A DNA stretch of 64,000 bases, taken from NCBI GenBank assembly GCA_024346625.1, contig AP024664.1, forward strand, positions 3,348,001 through 3,412,000, in the 5' to 3' direction. Below, piece by piece: positions 12,034 to 22,556 of this stretch. Source of the DNA: Williopsis jadinii. Its lineage: Eukaryota. The notes below the pieces were generated by a model. It ran no database searches. It was not told the origin of the DNA and saw nothing but the letters and a program-made list of their open reading frames with translations. The translations under genes and the position numbers were made by a program. Every line of letters begins with the position of its first letter. Within the stretch, counting starts at the first letter, position 1.

Positions 12034-13101
12034 TCAAAGCGTGACGATTGGGCCGCTACCGACAGATCTCCAGGAGGTCATATCAACGTTCCAACCTTTC
12101 CATTTGTTTAGCCTTGCCTTTAACTCTGTTAAGCTTAGCGTGCTTTCGTTCTTATCGAGGTTGAATTGGCTAAATGTTGTGGACGTGATTGGAGGTTGCT
12201 GGTACGTAGGCGATGGCGACAAGGTGAAGTTGTCATCTTGGTAATCGTATCCGGAATGAGACGGAGCGGTAGTGCTTGCATCAGCTTTTGCTCTCGACAG
12301 TTTGAGAGTGAGATCCTGAACCTGTGCTTGTAATGTTTCAATCTCATCGAGGTGGTCAATCTTGAGTAGCTTGAGAGATTTGTTGTCTAGTTTTAACTGT
12401 GCGTTGGCCTCGCTGAGTTCGGCATTAGTCTTCTTCAGCTCCTCGTTCTGCTTCTTCAATTGAGCAATTTCATCGTCAATTTTGGCCTGTTGAATGGTTT
12501 CCATGAAACCAGGACCAGAATCACCGAAAAGTGATGAGACAGGATCATTAGATTCTTGAGAGGGTTCGTCAGCAGGGTTAGGTTCATCCTTAGATACTTC
12601 TTTAAGTTCATCCTTGGACACATCTTTAGCTTCTTCTGTATCTTCTTCTGCATCTTCTTTGACATGCTCTGTTTCTGGGAGGTCTTCCTTGACCTCTTCT
12701 ACTTTCTCTGGGGCCTCACCATTGGCAGCTTCATCCTCAACAGCATCAGTAGGCTTGTCCTCAACAGCGTCAGTAGGCTTGTCCTCAACAGCGTCAGTAG
12801 GCTTGTCCTCAACAGCGTCAGTAGGCTTGTCCTCAACAGCATCAGTAGCCTTATCATCTACAACCTCTACCTCAGCACATTCGTCATCAATCCCAGCGGT
12901 ATTTGGCTCAACAGAAGATTCCTGACTCTCATGAACGTTCAACGCGTCAACCTTCTCAACCAAGTCAGACTCCTCCTCATCAACATCCTCGCTCTTCTTC
13001 TTGTTTTTCTTCTTATTCTTCTTCTTCTTCAGCTCCTGATACTTCTTGAGCCCAGCTTCAAGCTTCTGTTGTTTCAATTCCTCCTCTGTTGGTTCACTCA
13101 T
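12034..13101 (-). CDS. BUG1: cis-Golgi coiled-coil tether Bug1-like
   Basis: Lys-rich N-terminus (ELKKKKNKKK), acidic region, coiled coil, C-terminal WKGWNVDMTSWRSVGSGP. Confidence 0.8.
   Translation of the reverse strand: MSEPTEEELKQQKLEAGLKKYQELKKKKNKKKNKKKSEDVDEEESDLVEKVDALNVHESQESSVEPNTAGIDDECAEVEVVDDKATDAVEDKPTDAVEDKPTDAVEDKPTDAVEDKPTDAVEDEAANGEAPEKVEEVKEDLPETEHVKEDAEEDTEEAKDVSKDELKEVSKDEPNPADEPSQESNDPVSSLFGDSGPGFMETIQQAKIDDEIAQLKKQNEELKKTNAELSEANAQLKLDNKSLKLLKIDHLDEIETLQAQVQDLTLKLSRAKADASTTAPSHSGYDYQDDNFTLSPSPTYQQPPITSTTFSQFNLDKNESTLSLTELKARLNKWKGWNVDMTSWRSVGSGPIVTL
12734..12853 (-). repeat. Coding minisatellite, 24-bp unit (DAVEDKPT) x about 5, in BUG1
   Basis: Tandem TCCTCAACAGCGTCAGTAGGCTTG units on the + strand. 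Confidence 0.95.
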
Positions 13102-13311
13102 ATCGTAGAGGAATCGCCTGATCCCACCATTCGTACCCGTGTCCAAACAGCTGATGGGCATGAACTTTCTGCCCCGGGCACCGGCTCACCAGCAAATTGG
13201 TAGATGTCTGGATGTTTTGCATCAATGTTGGGGGGTGAAATTTTAGCACTGTTACCGATGCCTCTTTCCACATCGCCTTTGAAGTGGGAGGAAACCGGTA
13301 CTTAAGCAACT

Positions 13312-13566
13312 ATGTCAAGAGGTAACCAAAGAGAAAAGGCTAGAGAAAAGAACCAGAAGAAGCTTCAAGCTCAGAAGAACAAGCAGGAAGGTGATCCAAG
13401 AAAGAGACTTGAGGCCCAGGCTGAGATTATGAGAAAGAAACAGGCTGAAGGTGCGTTGTCCCTCTCTGTACATGTTTAAAAATGTGCGTGATTTATGGTT
13501 TCTTTGTTTACTAACTGTGATTCCTATATAGCTGATGCTAAGAAGGCTGCTGCCGGTAAAGCTTGA
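13312..13566 (+). CDS. SERF/4F5 family small protein (YDL085C-A-like), 57 aa; intron 13451-13531
   Basis: MSRGNQREKAREKNQKK...QAEIMRKKQ; GTGCGT donor, TACTAAC branch, TAG acceptor; not in the ORF track. Confidence 0.9.
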
Positions 13567-13770
13567 GATGGTGGCTTTGTTGCCTTGTTGCCGTCGTTGT
13601 TGTGACAGAGGCTGTCCTTTGCTAGTTATTCCTCGTAGGATCGTTTATAAATGGGGTGCTTTCTCTATGTAGGCAATGATTCCATCGTAGACGTCTTTTA
13701 AAAACAAAATTTCTATACAACAGTTGACTATGCCAGTACTATGTCAAACTATGTAACGTATACCGGCTGC

Positions 13771-14796
13771 TCACTGCTCTCCAGCATGTGCCTTGGCCTC
13801 AGCAGTCACTTCAACGTCATATTTGAAATCGTAGTATGATTTTTCAAAAGTGTGTACACGAACATAACCATCTTCTCCTCCACTGGCATAACTTGAGCCA
13901 CTAGGGTGCACTGCGATGTAGTTGAGAGGACCGAAATGGCCCTTCACTCTACCAATCTCATCTTCAAAGATCTTGTGGTAAAATCTGGCCTCGAACTTAC
14001 CTTGGTTGGCTGCAGTGGTGGTAACGTCTCTAGCTTCCTGACCACCACCAAGAACGACAAACTCCTTAACTGGAGTGATGGCAGCAGAGTTCATTGGAGC
14101 ATCGGCTTCGAATCTCTTCAACTGCTTCAAGTTATCAACGTCATAAATGGATGCACTCTTGTCCTTTGAAGAGATGATGAAATAGGTCTTGTCCTCAGAG
14201 AATTGGATATCCGTGATCAAGCCTTCGTGTGCCTTTACAGAGCCGATGAGCGCACCAGTAGTTGCATCATATTTAGAAATCGTACCGTCTTGATGACCTG
14301 CAACGATGTACTTGCCCAAGTAACTGAACCCAGCAACGGAAACTTTTTCAAATCCTTCTTTCGTGTCAATCTTTAAGAGAGGAGTCGTATCTTGTTGAGT
14401 TGGGGAGTCACGGTTGATCTTGTATGTGATAATAGAACCAGGGAAACCCATAACTTTATCAGTAACAGCAAGGATTCTGTTGTCGTATGGATCGAACTCA
14501 ACTCTTCTCACAGAGGTATCTTGGTCAAATGTAAAGAGACATCTACCAGTGGAAACCTCCCAAAGTTTCATACTGAAATCAGCAGACCCGGTTAAGCAGA
14601 ATTCAGACTTGGAATCAACATCGATAGACCAAATTGTACCTTGGTGTCCGTTATAAGTTCCAACTCTTTCACCGTTATAAGAGTACCACACACTTGCAAT
14701 TTTATCCTTGGCCACCGTGAAGATCAAGTCTCCCTCCTTGTTATATTTCACTTGAGTCAGGGAACGCTCATGTCCCTTAAGCATAATAGGTCTCAT
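13771..14796 (-). CDS. TIF34: Translation initiation factor eIF3 subunit i (WD40)
   Basis: MRPIMLKGHERSLTQVKYN and EEDEIGRVKGHFGPLN-like motifs (FEDEIGRVKGHFGPLN). Confidence 0.96.
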   Translation of the reverse strand: MRPIMLKGHERSLTQVKYNKEGDLIFTVAKDKIASVWYSYNGERVGTYNGHQGTIWSIDVDSKSEFCLTGSADFSMKLWEVSTGRCLFTFDQDTSVRRVEFDPYDNRILAVTDKVMGFPGSIITYKINRDSPTQQDTTPLLKIDTKEGFEKVSVAGFSYLGKYIVAGHQDGTISKYDATTGALIGSVKAHEGLITDIQFSEDKTYFIISSKDKSASIYDVDNLKQLKRFEADAPMNSAAITPVKEFVVLGGGQEARDVTTTAANQGKFEARFYHKIFEDEIGRVKGHFGPLNYIAVHPSGSSYASGGEDGYVRVHTFEKSYYDFKYDVEVTAEAKAHAGEQ

Positions 14797-14939
14797 CTTT
14801 GGCAATGGGATTAGTGTTGATCAATAAATGAATGGTAAAAGTATGCTTCTTCATAGTCTCTTCGATTCTTCTCAGATTTTTTTTTCACTGTGTTCGCAGT
14901 GAAGGAAAAAAATAATTTCATGAAATTTCGAGGATAAAA

Positions 14940-14960
14940 GTCACGTGTCATATCACGTGC
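14940..14960. promoter_or_regulatory. Tandem Cbf1-type CACGTG sites upstream of TIF34
   Basis: GTCACGTG and ATCACGTG 12 nt apart; RRPE-like T/A tracts at about 14875-14930. Confidence 0.5.
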
Positions 14961-15014
14961 CAATCCGGAACTGGTTCAACTTAGTATAGTTATCATCTAC
15001 CCACTTAATGGACC

Positions 15015-15665
15015 CTAATCTGCTGTAAATTGATCTATGGTTGTATCTATCAGTGTATAAACCTTCTTCAATGACTTTTTAGGTATCTTGAACCATTCGA
15101 CGTGAAGGCCCGACCGTCCTTGGTCTTCACAACTCTTACAATGGACATCGCCTCTACCGTATTGGTCCCTCAGTTTGTTGTGGATGAGCTGTTCCACTTT
15201 GAACAAGTTCTGAGAGCATTTGAAGCCTTTGTCGATGGTGTTATAGTGGTTGTAGTCTTCCTCCACACTGAGGCACTTGAACATTGTCACCAACGATTGA
15301 GAGCCTATGTGTTCGTACGGGTCAAGAATAACAATCTTATGGTTACATTGTACTTGCCATTGCCTCACACGCTTCTCCACTGAACCTCGTGTCATTCCAA
15401 CCTTGATCAGTATATGTTTCTTTGGATTGAACGATTGAAAGTCCTTCGAATTCAGAGGCTGGATCTGTAGCCATTCCTGTCTCTTTGGCGATTTCTCAAG
15501 CAAGTGTTCCAATGTATACACGTAGATAAACCCCTTATCGGGTAATCGACTCTGCTTAGCTACTTCGTTCACTTTCACGTTTGGATCATGGTATCGGCAG
15601 TATCTTCCTGTACCTCTGATTCGACACCTACGGCCCTGTTTGGTGATCCCAGCACATTGGTTCAT
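15015..15665 (-). CDS. MUG113/T5orf172 (GIY-YIG-related) domain protein
   Basis: GFIYVY, IKVGMT...VEKRVRQWQVQC, VEQLIHNKL and C..C...HVEWF motifs; N-terminal CAGITKQGRRC...YCRYH Cys/His motif. Confidence 0.8.
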   Translation of the reverse strand: MNQCAGITKQGRRCRIRGTGRYCRYHDPNVKVNEVAKQSRLPDKGFIYVYTLEHLLEKSPKRQEWLQIQPLNSKDFQSFNPKKHILIKVGMTRGSVEKRVRQWQVQCNHKIVILDPYEHIGSQSLVTMFKCLSVEEDYNHYNTIDKGFKCSQNLFKVEQLIHNKLRDQYGRGDVHCKSCEDQGRSGLHVEWFKIPKKSLKKVYTLIDTTIDQFTAD

Positions 15666-16011
15666 ATCTCCCGTAAACAGTGATCGCAGAACCACACACC
15701 GCACAAAACATCAACTTCTAACACAGATCAACGACAATGGCCCAGACCAGTTGATATTTCCTCTTTCTCGTTGTTATGGACCAGGCTGGAAGAAGATCTA
15801 TGCGTTTAAGCCCTTTCTTTCTCAGCCCCGATGGCGTACGGTTATATAAAACGTTCCCGCTACGCACTGTTTACATAACTTTCGTTTATCGTTTAAGTGC
15901 TCATCTCCAAAATTTATATCACCCAGATTTACGGATTATCGCTAAAGTACGATTCGAACAGCTTCACCACACACACTTGCTCCGCACTCTATAGCATCAA
16001 CTCCCAAGCCA

Positions 16012-18582
16012 ATGGTGGAAAGCTCGAGAACATCTGCAGACTCACAGCACTACGCTGATTATATAACTGTTGGATTGTACAAGGATGGGTTATCGTTGGA
16101 GCGTGAGGGCACTGAGGCGTGCTTCCTCACTTTTGACGGGATCAAAGTTGTCGATGGATGTGTTGGCACACAGCGGTTGGCGACCATAAGGGCGCTTGGT
16201 GTGATTGGTGCACTGGATATCGGGCCTGGGTTCCTAGTTGTCATCCATACCCAGAAGCCTGTTTTTGAAAGGGAGGAGGTCACTATATGGAACGTTACGA
16301 AGGCGTTGGTTATTCCTCTCAAGTACGAGCTGGCAAGAGTGTACTTCAAACTGGAGGAGAGTGACAAGAGTGAGGGTGACAGTGATGTGTCCAGCGTGAA
16401 GAACAGTGATAGCAACAGTACAAGCAATGCAACTGCACAATCAAATGATAACATTGGTGACAAGATCACAGATCAGCTCAATAGGGGGAAGGAGATGTTC
16501 TTCAGTAAGCTGGGTGTCTATGTCAATGATCTTCGTTCCAACCCGTCGCTATCATTTTCAACGGAGGAGGCTAGCAACAAGAACGATGGATTGTTTGATA
16601 ATCAATCAGCAAGCTCGTCAAACTCTGAGCTCAAAGAATCTGATATAAAGTCGTTTAAACTGAGCAGATCGATCACTATAAGGGGATTACCACCACAGCA
16701 GAAGGATGATCCGTTTTCAAAGATCTTTGACAAGTCTAAGGATTACTACGAGGCCAATAACCATTCCCACATCTCCACTAGTATGTTGAGAAAGATTGAG
16801 AAGCAACTGGCATCGTTCTTTAGTACAGGTGATTTCTTCTACTCCAACGAATTGAACCTTATGAAGGATATCATCTACAAAGATGGTCAGATTCAAGTGA
16901 AGAACTGTAACGAACCAAACAACTCGTTTTGTTTTAACAGCCATATCTCATGCAGATTCCCAAGAGAGTTAGTTGCTCCATTGATTCAAGGGTTTGTCGG
17001 CTCAATTGATCTTATATTCCCACAGGTTGGGACAGAATCGAAGACTGGTCAGCTCTTACTCTTGTCTAAGAGATCTACTCATCGTGCCGGCTCAAGATAT
17101 TTGAGACGTGGTATCGACGACAATGGTAACGTTGCTAATTTTGTATCAACGTCTCAAATCTTGATCGTGGAAGAGCTCCTCGATGACAAGACACCATTGT
17201 TTGCCAAATTTGACATCATCAGAGGCTCCATACCGATATTTTTCCAGCAAAACCCTGCAAATTTGAAACCTATTCCGTTTTTAACAAGACCACTGGATAG
17301 ATGTGAGGAGCCATTCCAAAAGCATTTCAACAATTTGAATACAAGTTATCATAAGATTACTTGTGTCTCTTTAGTTGAAAGATCAAAGAAGGAGGTCCTC
17401 ATTGGAGACTGTTATGAACGACTCTGTGAAAAGTATGGCGTGGAACTTAGCTGGTTCGACTTCCACGAAGTTTGTAAAAAGATGAAGTTTGAAAACGTTG
17501 TGAAGCTCTTAGATGAGGCTTTACAAAACGATGATGGTTCAACTGTTGAGGGAAAGCTCCACGAATACGGCCTGTTTGATTCAATAGCTGAAACAAGCCA
17601 AACCGGAATCTTTAGAATCAACTGCGTTGATTGTCTTGATAGAACGAACTTGGTCCAGAAGTTTCTTGCTGAACATGTTTTAAAGGATTACATTTTTGAA
17701 AAGTATGGACTGTCAACAGATCACCAGTTTCAAAATCTCTTTAATAATTTGTGGGCAGATAATGGTGACTTCATATCGAGGCAATATGCATCCACAGGTG
17801 CCTTGAAAGGTGACTTTACCAGAACGTCCAAGCGCAACTATAAGGGTTTGTTGAACGACGCCTTTTTGACAATGTCCAGATACTACAATGGGTACATCAG
17901 TGATTATTCTAAACAATGCTTTATCGATTTCCTCCTGGGTCATGCGAACGAGTCAATCTTTGAAGAATTTGAATCAACGCTCAATGTGTTGGATCCAAAC
18001 GAAGTTGTCGACGACCTTAACAAAAAGAGTGATCAGTTAAACAAGGCTATGGAGCAGCTAGAAATACCAGACGATGTTATTATTCTTGGATCTTGGTCAG
18101 GATTCCAAAGTCCCTTGGAATACGATACGTTAAAGTTAAGGAATGATCTCAGAGAGACTTCGGTGTTCTTGACGAACAGAATCATATATCTGGTACAGTT
18201 TGATAGCACTGCAAGTAAGATCATCAGATCTGTAATGATCCCAGTGGAGGACGTGAAAGGGTTGGAATATGGAACTTATATCCTTTCAAGGCACAATTCA
18301 ATTTCTACAAACCCTAGAAGAAACATTGGGTTGAAATTCATAGTGTCTGTTCATACAATGCCTTCCTTAGACACCACTGACAATGCAACCAAGGAGAAGT
18401 TCGTAACAATAAAGTTCCCTCAGAATATGGATTACGGTAAGGTGAAGCATATCATTAATCTTATCTCCAAGACTTGTCATTCATCTACTTTGGAGAATAA
18501 AGATATAATCACGACAAAGGATGCATCGACAGATGTTATTGCAATGATGGAGCACAAGTTTAAGAAATTGGTGTGGGGATAG
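16012..18582 (+). CDS. SAC-domain phosphoinositide phosphatase with C-terminal extension (Sac2/INPP5F-like)
   Basis: RYLRRGID..GNVAN, RGSIP, catalytic RINCVDCLDRTN and WADNGD..S.QYASTGALK motifs; no C-terminal TM helices. Confidence 0.85.
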   Translation: MVESSRTSADSQHYADYITVGLYKDGLSLEREGTEACFLTFDGIKVVDGCVGTQRLATIRALGVIGALDIGPGFLVVIHTQKPVFEREEVTIWNVTKALVIPLKYELARVYFKLEESDKSEGDSDVSSVKNSDSNSTSNATAQSNDNIGDKITDQLNRGKEMFFSKLGVYVNDLRSNPSLSFSTEEASNKNDGLFDNQSASSSNSELKESDIKSFKLSRSITIRGLPPQQKDDPFSKIFDKSKDYYEANNHSHISTSMLRKIEKQLASFFSTGDFFYSNELNLMKDIIYKDGQIQVKNCNEPNNSFCFNSHISCRFPRELVAPLIQGFVGSIDLIFPQVGTESKTGQLLLLSKRSTHRAGSRYLRRGIDDNGNVANFVSTSQILIVEELLDDKTPLFAKFDIIRGSIPIFFQQNPANLKPIPFLTRPLDRCEEPFQKHFNNLNTSYHKITCVSLVERSKKEVLIGDCYERLCEKYGVELSWFDFHEVCKKMKFENVVKLLDEALQNDDGSTVEGKLHEYGLFDSIAETSQTGIFRINCVDCLDRTNLVQKFLAEHVLKDYIFEKYGLSTDHQFQNLFNNLWADNGDFISRQYASTGALKGDFTRTSKRNYKGLLNDAFLTMSRYYNGYISDYSKQCFIDFLLGHANESIFEEFESTLNVLDPNEVVDDLNKKSDQLNKAMEQLEIPDDVIILGSWSGFQSPLEYDTLKLRNDLRETSVFLTNRIIYLVQFDSTASKIIRSVMIPVEDVKGLEYGTYILSRHNSISTNPRRNIGLKFIVSVHTMPSLDTTDNATKEKFVTIKFPQNMDYGKVKHIINLISKTCHSSTLENKDIITTKDASTDVIAMMEHKFKKLVWG

Positions 18583-18651
18583 ATTGGACTCATCCTTTTC
18601 TATTGGTTTATTACTACAGGATTTAGACGGATACTCGTTTAGATGTATTCT

Positions 18652-19470
18652 TCAACAGACGTTTTCAACAACAATATCCTTGCCGTCATTTTCACCTAAG
18701 TCAGTTCTCAATCTTCTGTTGAAAAGCTCAAAGAGGAACCCGAAACAGGCAGATGTGATGGCACTGTCATATCTTCCCTTACTTGACTCATCCCTGACAA
18801 AAGCATGTTGAGCGTCGTTCAACTCCATGAATGTGAAGTTCACGTTGTTGTCTCTCAATGTCTTTCTGATGAGGTCTCTGCCTTCTGGTGGAACGTGGTT
18901 ATCCAATGTACCAAAAATCAAGACGAACTCGGCATCCTTTCTTGCTAGTTTAATGGAGTTTGCAAGAGAATCGTCATTCTCGCCTTTGCCCAGCCTGTGG
19001 TTGTGAATATCAGTTGGGAAGAAGCAAACAGCACTTGAGACTCTCGAGTCATACACAGCTCTAAAGGCCAAATGACCACCCAAGCACATACCTGTAGCAC
19101 CAACCTTACCACTGAAAGTGTTCAATGTGAAGAGGTAGTCAATTGCCAATTTGTTGTCCTCATCGTAACTCTCCAATGGTTTTTCAATCTTGTACTTGTT
19201 ACCCTTATCAGTACCTTCAACATCATAGTTCAAAGGCTCAGGTCCTTCAAAGTTATGGTAGATACTTGGTGCAACGACGATGTAGCCTTCGCTTGCAATT
19301 CGTTTAGCAAAACGGGCCACCGGGCCTGTAACCTGATAAATCTCTGAATAGACAACCACACCTGGGAATTTGGCGTTTGGATAACCAGGAATCTTTGGAT
19401 GGAAAGTGTACAGACGAAGAGTAGTGTTGTAGGACGTTTGCACGTCGTGGTATCCCTCAGTGATCAGCAT
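18652..19470 (-). CDS. Dienelactone hydrolase family protein (YDL086W-like)
   Basis: SEIYQVTGP, nucleophile elbow GMCLGG, D..VP, AQHAF; start taken at MLITEG. Confidence 0.9.
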   Translation of the reverse strand: MLITEGYHDVQTSYNTTLRLYTFHPKIPGYPNAKFPGVVVYSEIYQVTGPVARFAKRIASEGYIVVAPSIYHNFEGPEPLNYDVEGTDKGNKYKIEKPLESYDEDNKLAIDYLFTLNTFSGKVGATGMCLGGHLAFRAVYDSRVSSAVCFFPTDIHNHRLGKGENDDSLANSIKLARKDAEFVLIFGTLDNHVPPEGRDLIRKTLRDNNVNFTFMELNDAQHAFVRDESSKGRYDSAITSACFGFLFELFNRRLRTDLGENDGKDIVVENVC

Positions 19471-19707
19471 TGTCTTGCTATTCAAACCGTGTGTGTGGGA
19501 CTGAGTCTGAAGATGTGGTTGTATGAGATGAGGTGATGGTTCGAAATATTTCGAGGGGGGAGAATTAATGGATAAAGGTGGCACTTCGGATGACAGTGGA
19601 GCTGGAAAACATACACATACACCAACTACAAAATCGTTGTAAAATAGCCAATTCTATATATAAAGGGGAGATATGTGATTTATTCATTAAAAAGCCAAAG
19701 TACAGTC

Positions 19708-20724
19708 TTAATCTAAGTCAACTGATCCACCTGGAACGTAAGGTTCGACCAGGAACTTTGAGAACTTTGTCAATTTTTCCAAGCCTCTAACCTCAGTGTT
19801 CACCAATGGCATCTTAACAAGGTGGAAGTCCTCGTATAGTTCATCCATCTCCCCGAGGTATTTGTTCTGCATTTTGGATCTAGCCTGGCATCTTTTGCAA
19901 GGATCCTCTTTCTGTGTGAAAAGCAGCTGATTTACAATGATTGTGTTGACGTCGATACCATAAGAGTTCAACTCCTGAATCAATCTCTCAGATTCATAAA
20001 GCGAGAGGAATTCAGCAATACAGACAACGACAAAAGTTGTGACATCTGGATCAGTGAATTGTTCATTGATCAACTTGGTCAGTTCTTTCAGCTCCGTCAT
20101 CTTATTCATCATGCTATTCGTATCGACACCACCCATTGAGCCTAAAAGCCCACCAAACTGGCCAGCAAGCTCATCGAACTTGGCCAGTAGCTTTGAAAAG
20201 GTCTGTGGCAATTGTAGGAATCTCAGCGTATGGCCAGTTGGCGCAGTATCAAAGATGATTGTGTCGTAGGAGATCTCAGCCTTCTCTGTGCTGTTCTGGT
20301 TCTTGATATGCTTGATCACTTCCATGAACGACAACGCCTCGTCTATACCTGGGATACTGGAGGTCAAATCAGCCATCATCCCCTTCAGTGGGTTATTGCC
20401 ATCCATATCAACGTCCGCACTCAAATCCTCAATGGTCGATGTTGGGTCAATCTCCATACACGACAAGTTATCCATACCAGTGACTTTTCTAGCATCCTTG
20501 CCGAACTTCTCACCAAAGGCATCCGACAAGTTATGAGCAGGGTCAGTGGAGATCAACAGGTACTGCTTGTTTGGGTTGTTCAACGCCAGCTGGATAGAGA
20601 TCGAGGACGAAGAGGTTGTCTTACCAACACCACCTTTACCACCCACAAAGATCCATTTCAGGGTGTCGTGAGTGATGATGGACTTCAGATTTGGGTCTGG
20701 CGTTTCAAAATCGAGGTCAGACAT
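19708..20724 (-). CDS. GET3: ATPase Get3 (tail-anchored protein targeting)
   Basis: [34 protein letters not shown] and CKRC motifs. Confidence 0.97.
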   Translation of the reverse strand: MSDLDFETPDPNLKSIITHDTLKWIFVGGKGGVGKTTSSSSISIQLALNNPNKQYLLISTDPAHNLSDAFGEKFGKDARKVTGMDNLSCMEIDPTSTIEDLSADVDMDGNNPLKGMMADLTSSIPGIDEALSFMEVIKHIKNQNSTEKAEISYDTIIFDTAPTGHTLRFLQLPQTFSKLLAKFDELAGQFGGLLGSMGGVDTNSMMNKMTELKELTKLINEQFTDPDVTTFVVVCIAEFLSLYESERLIQELNSYGIDVNTIIVNQLLFTQKEDPCKRCQARSKMQNKYLGEMDELYEDFHLVKMPLVNTEVRGLEKLTKFSKFLVEPYVPGGSVDLD

Positions 20725-22556
20725 GCTTTATAGCGGTTGTTTCTCTTAATTCGATGACAAAGAGCCTTCCTTTGTTTTGATGTTGGAAGCGTTTTGTGAA
20801 ACGTTTCGCCTCTTTTTTTCGGGCTGGGAAAAGTGTCGCTCGGTGTTGGAATTTTCTGGAATTTTATTATCTCCGAAGAAAAACTCGGAGTTTACGCAGA
20901 TAGCGCATGGGCGTTGATATGTGCGAGCTCTGGACGATGCGCAGAGTGGTTGAGGTATTGGAGGTTGTGATGGTGGTTCTCTGTTGTGGAGCTGTAGAGA
21001 CCCGTAGTACATGAAGGTGGTGTTGTTGATGATGGAGGCTCAAGAGGTATTGCAAGTTGGAAGCAATTGGCACGGCATGGCCACTAGAGACCGTGTCGTC
21101 CCTTACAGAAGCCATTCACACCTGTCCACCGAGAGCATGGAAGCTGCCAAAACGAGTGAGCGAGACTTAGACCCACTAGAGCTGAGTGGAGACAACAACC
21201 ACAGGATACCGATCGCCCGCTAACCCCATCTACGATGGCGAATCAATTGACACCCACACACCGTCGTGCTTCGTTTTCCCTGCTCCATTCCCTGGATCAC
21301 GTGGCCTCAATGCTGTCACCCTCCCGCGTGCGAATATGAACCATCAACTGATGCGTCCAAAGAGAGCGAAAATCGGAAATTACAATAGGAAGCCGCAGCC
21401 TTCCCGCGCGCCGAAAAAACACGCACACAGAGCCTGAAGAGAGGGGTCTAACGGAGGCCGCAAGAGTACACGCCAAAAAAGAGGCAGAAGCAACAGGAAA
21501 TGGGTTTCCGAACCAAGTGCTTCGCCAATGGACAATCAGCTCTTAACAGTAGAAGCAGATCACGGACACAATTCGGAGCCAACAGCCCATTGGACACAAT
21601 CCGGTTTCCACCTTAATTGATCCATTACAGATCAACCGGACCTTGTCAAGTTTCGCAGTGAAAAAAGAAACGTTTTTCTCTACGTAGCGACGAGGGCGGT
21701 GACCTCTGTGTGTGCGCGCGCGGAAAAACGACACGCCAGTGGTGATTCGCCCGCGCGCACTTAGGCTACACAGAATTGCGAAGAGGCGTACGGCTGAAAC
21801 CAAAAGACCGCAAAGGCTGGCGAGTGAGTCATTGCTATATGGCTCCCTTACCAAACCAAACCATCAGTGCGAACAGGGATATATGGGCGATCAGCACACG
21901 AGAAACACCGACGTAAAAGCCAATTGGCACCTACCCGCCATCGTCCACTCAGAAACTGAGCCATAATAGCCAATCCGTCACTGGCCCACCTCCCACAGAG
22001 GGAAAGAGGCACAGGGCGACAGAGCCTCCTTTCTTTTTCTTTGGTACCGGACACACCTCATCGCTTACCCCCCCTCCGCTGGTGAGCGCGCACGCAAATT
22101 ATAACGGCTGCACTCGCCAAATGCAACTGGTTTCTGTGTACATTTTGTTGATTCTATCTCTCTGAGTTGAAATTTTTCACCTGCGCAAGAGAAAAAAAGG
22201 AAGAAAAAATCCCTTCTTCTCTTTCTCTTATAACTCTTCGTTTCGGTTCATTTCACCCATTGGATTTGTTTTTGAACCATCTGTGTTGACTCGTGATCAA
22301 GCGTCTTTTGGTGATTTTGGTCCAGTTTAGCGTATAAAAAACATCCACACACAAACCGGTGCGGCAAGAGCATTCAATCACAACCACACTGAGAGGTTTT
22401 TTCCCTTCCCGCCGTTATCGAAAAGTTCACCACAGTTGCTGCTTGTCCCGCTGGTGCTTTTGAGACAAGAAAAACACCCGCACACACATATAAACAGCAC
22501 TGTCTCCGTCAGTACCATCGATTAATATTCAACGCTTATAGACAAGATACAGAAGA

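Noticed and set aside
14940..14960. CACGTG sites as CDEI of a point centromere (also 8126, 45326, 52081)
   Set aside because: No adjacent long, extremely AT-rich CDEII or CDEIII; they sit in ordinary promoters
20746..22550. Many 60-100-aa ORFs between GET3 and NDE1
   Set aside because: Consistent with divergent promoter DNA containing CCAAT boxes and poly-A tracts; no coding signature
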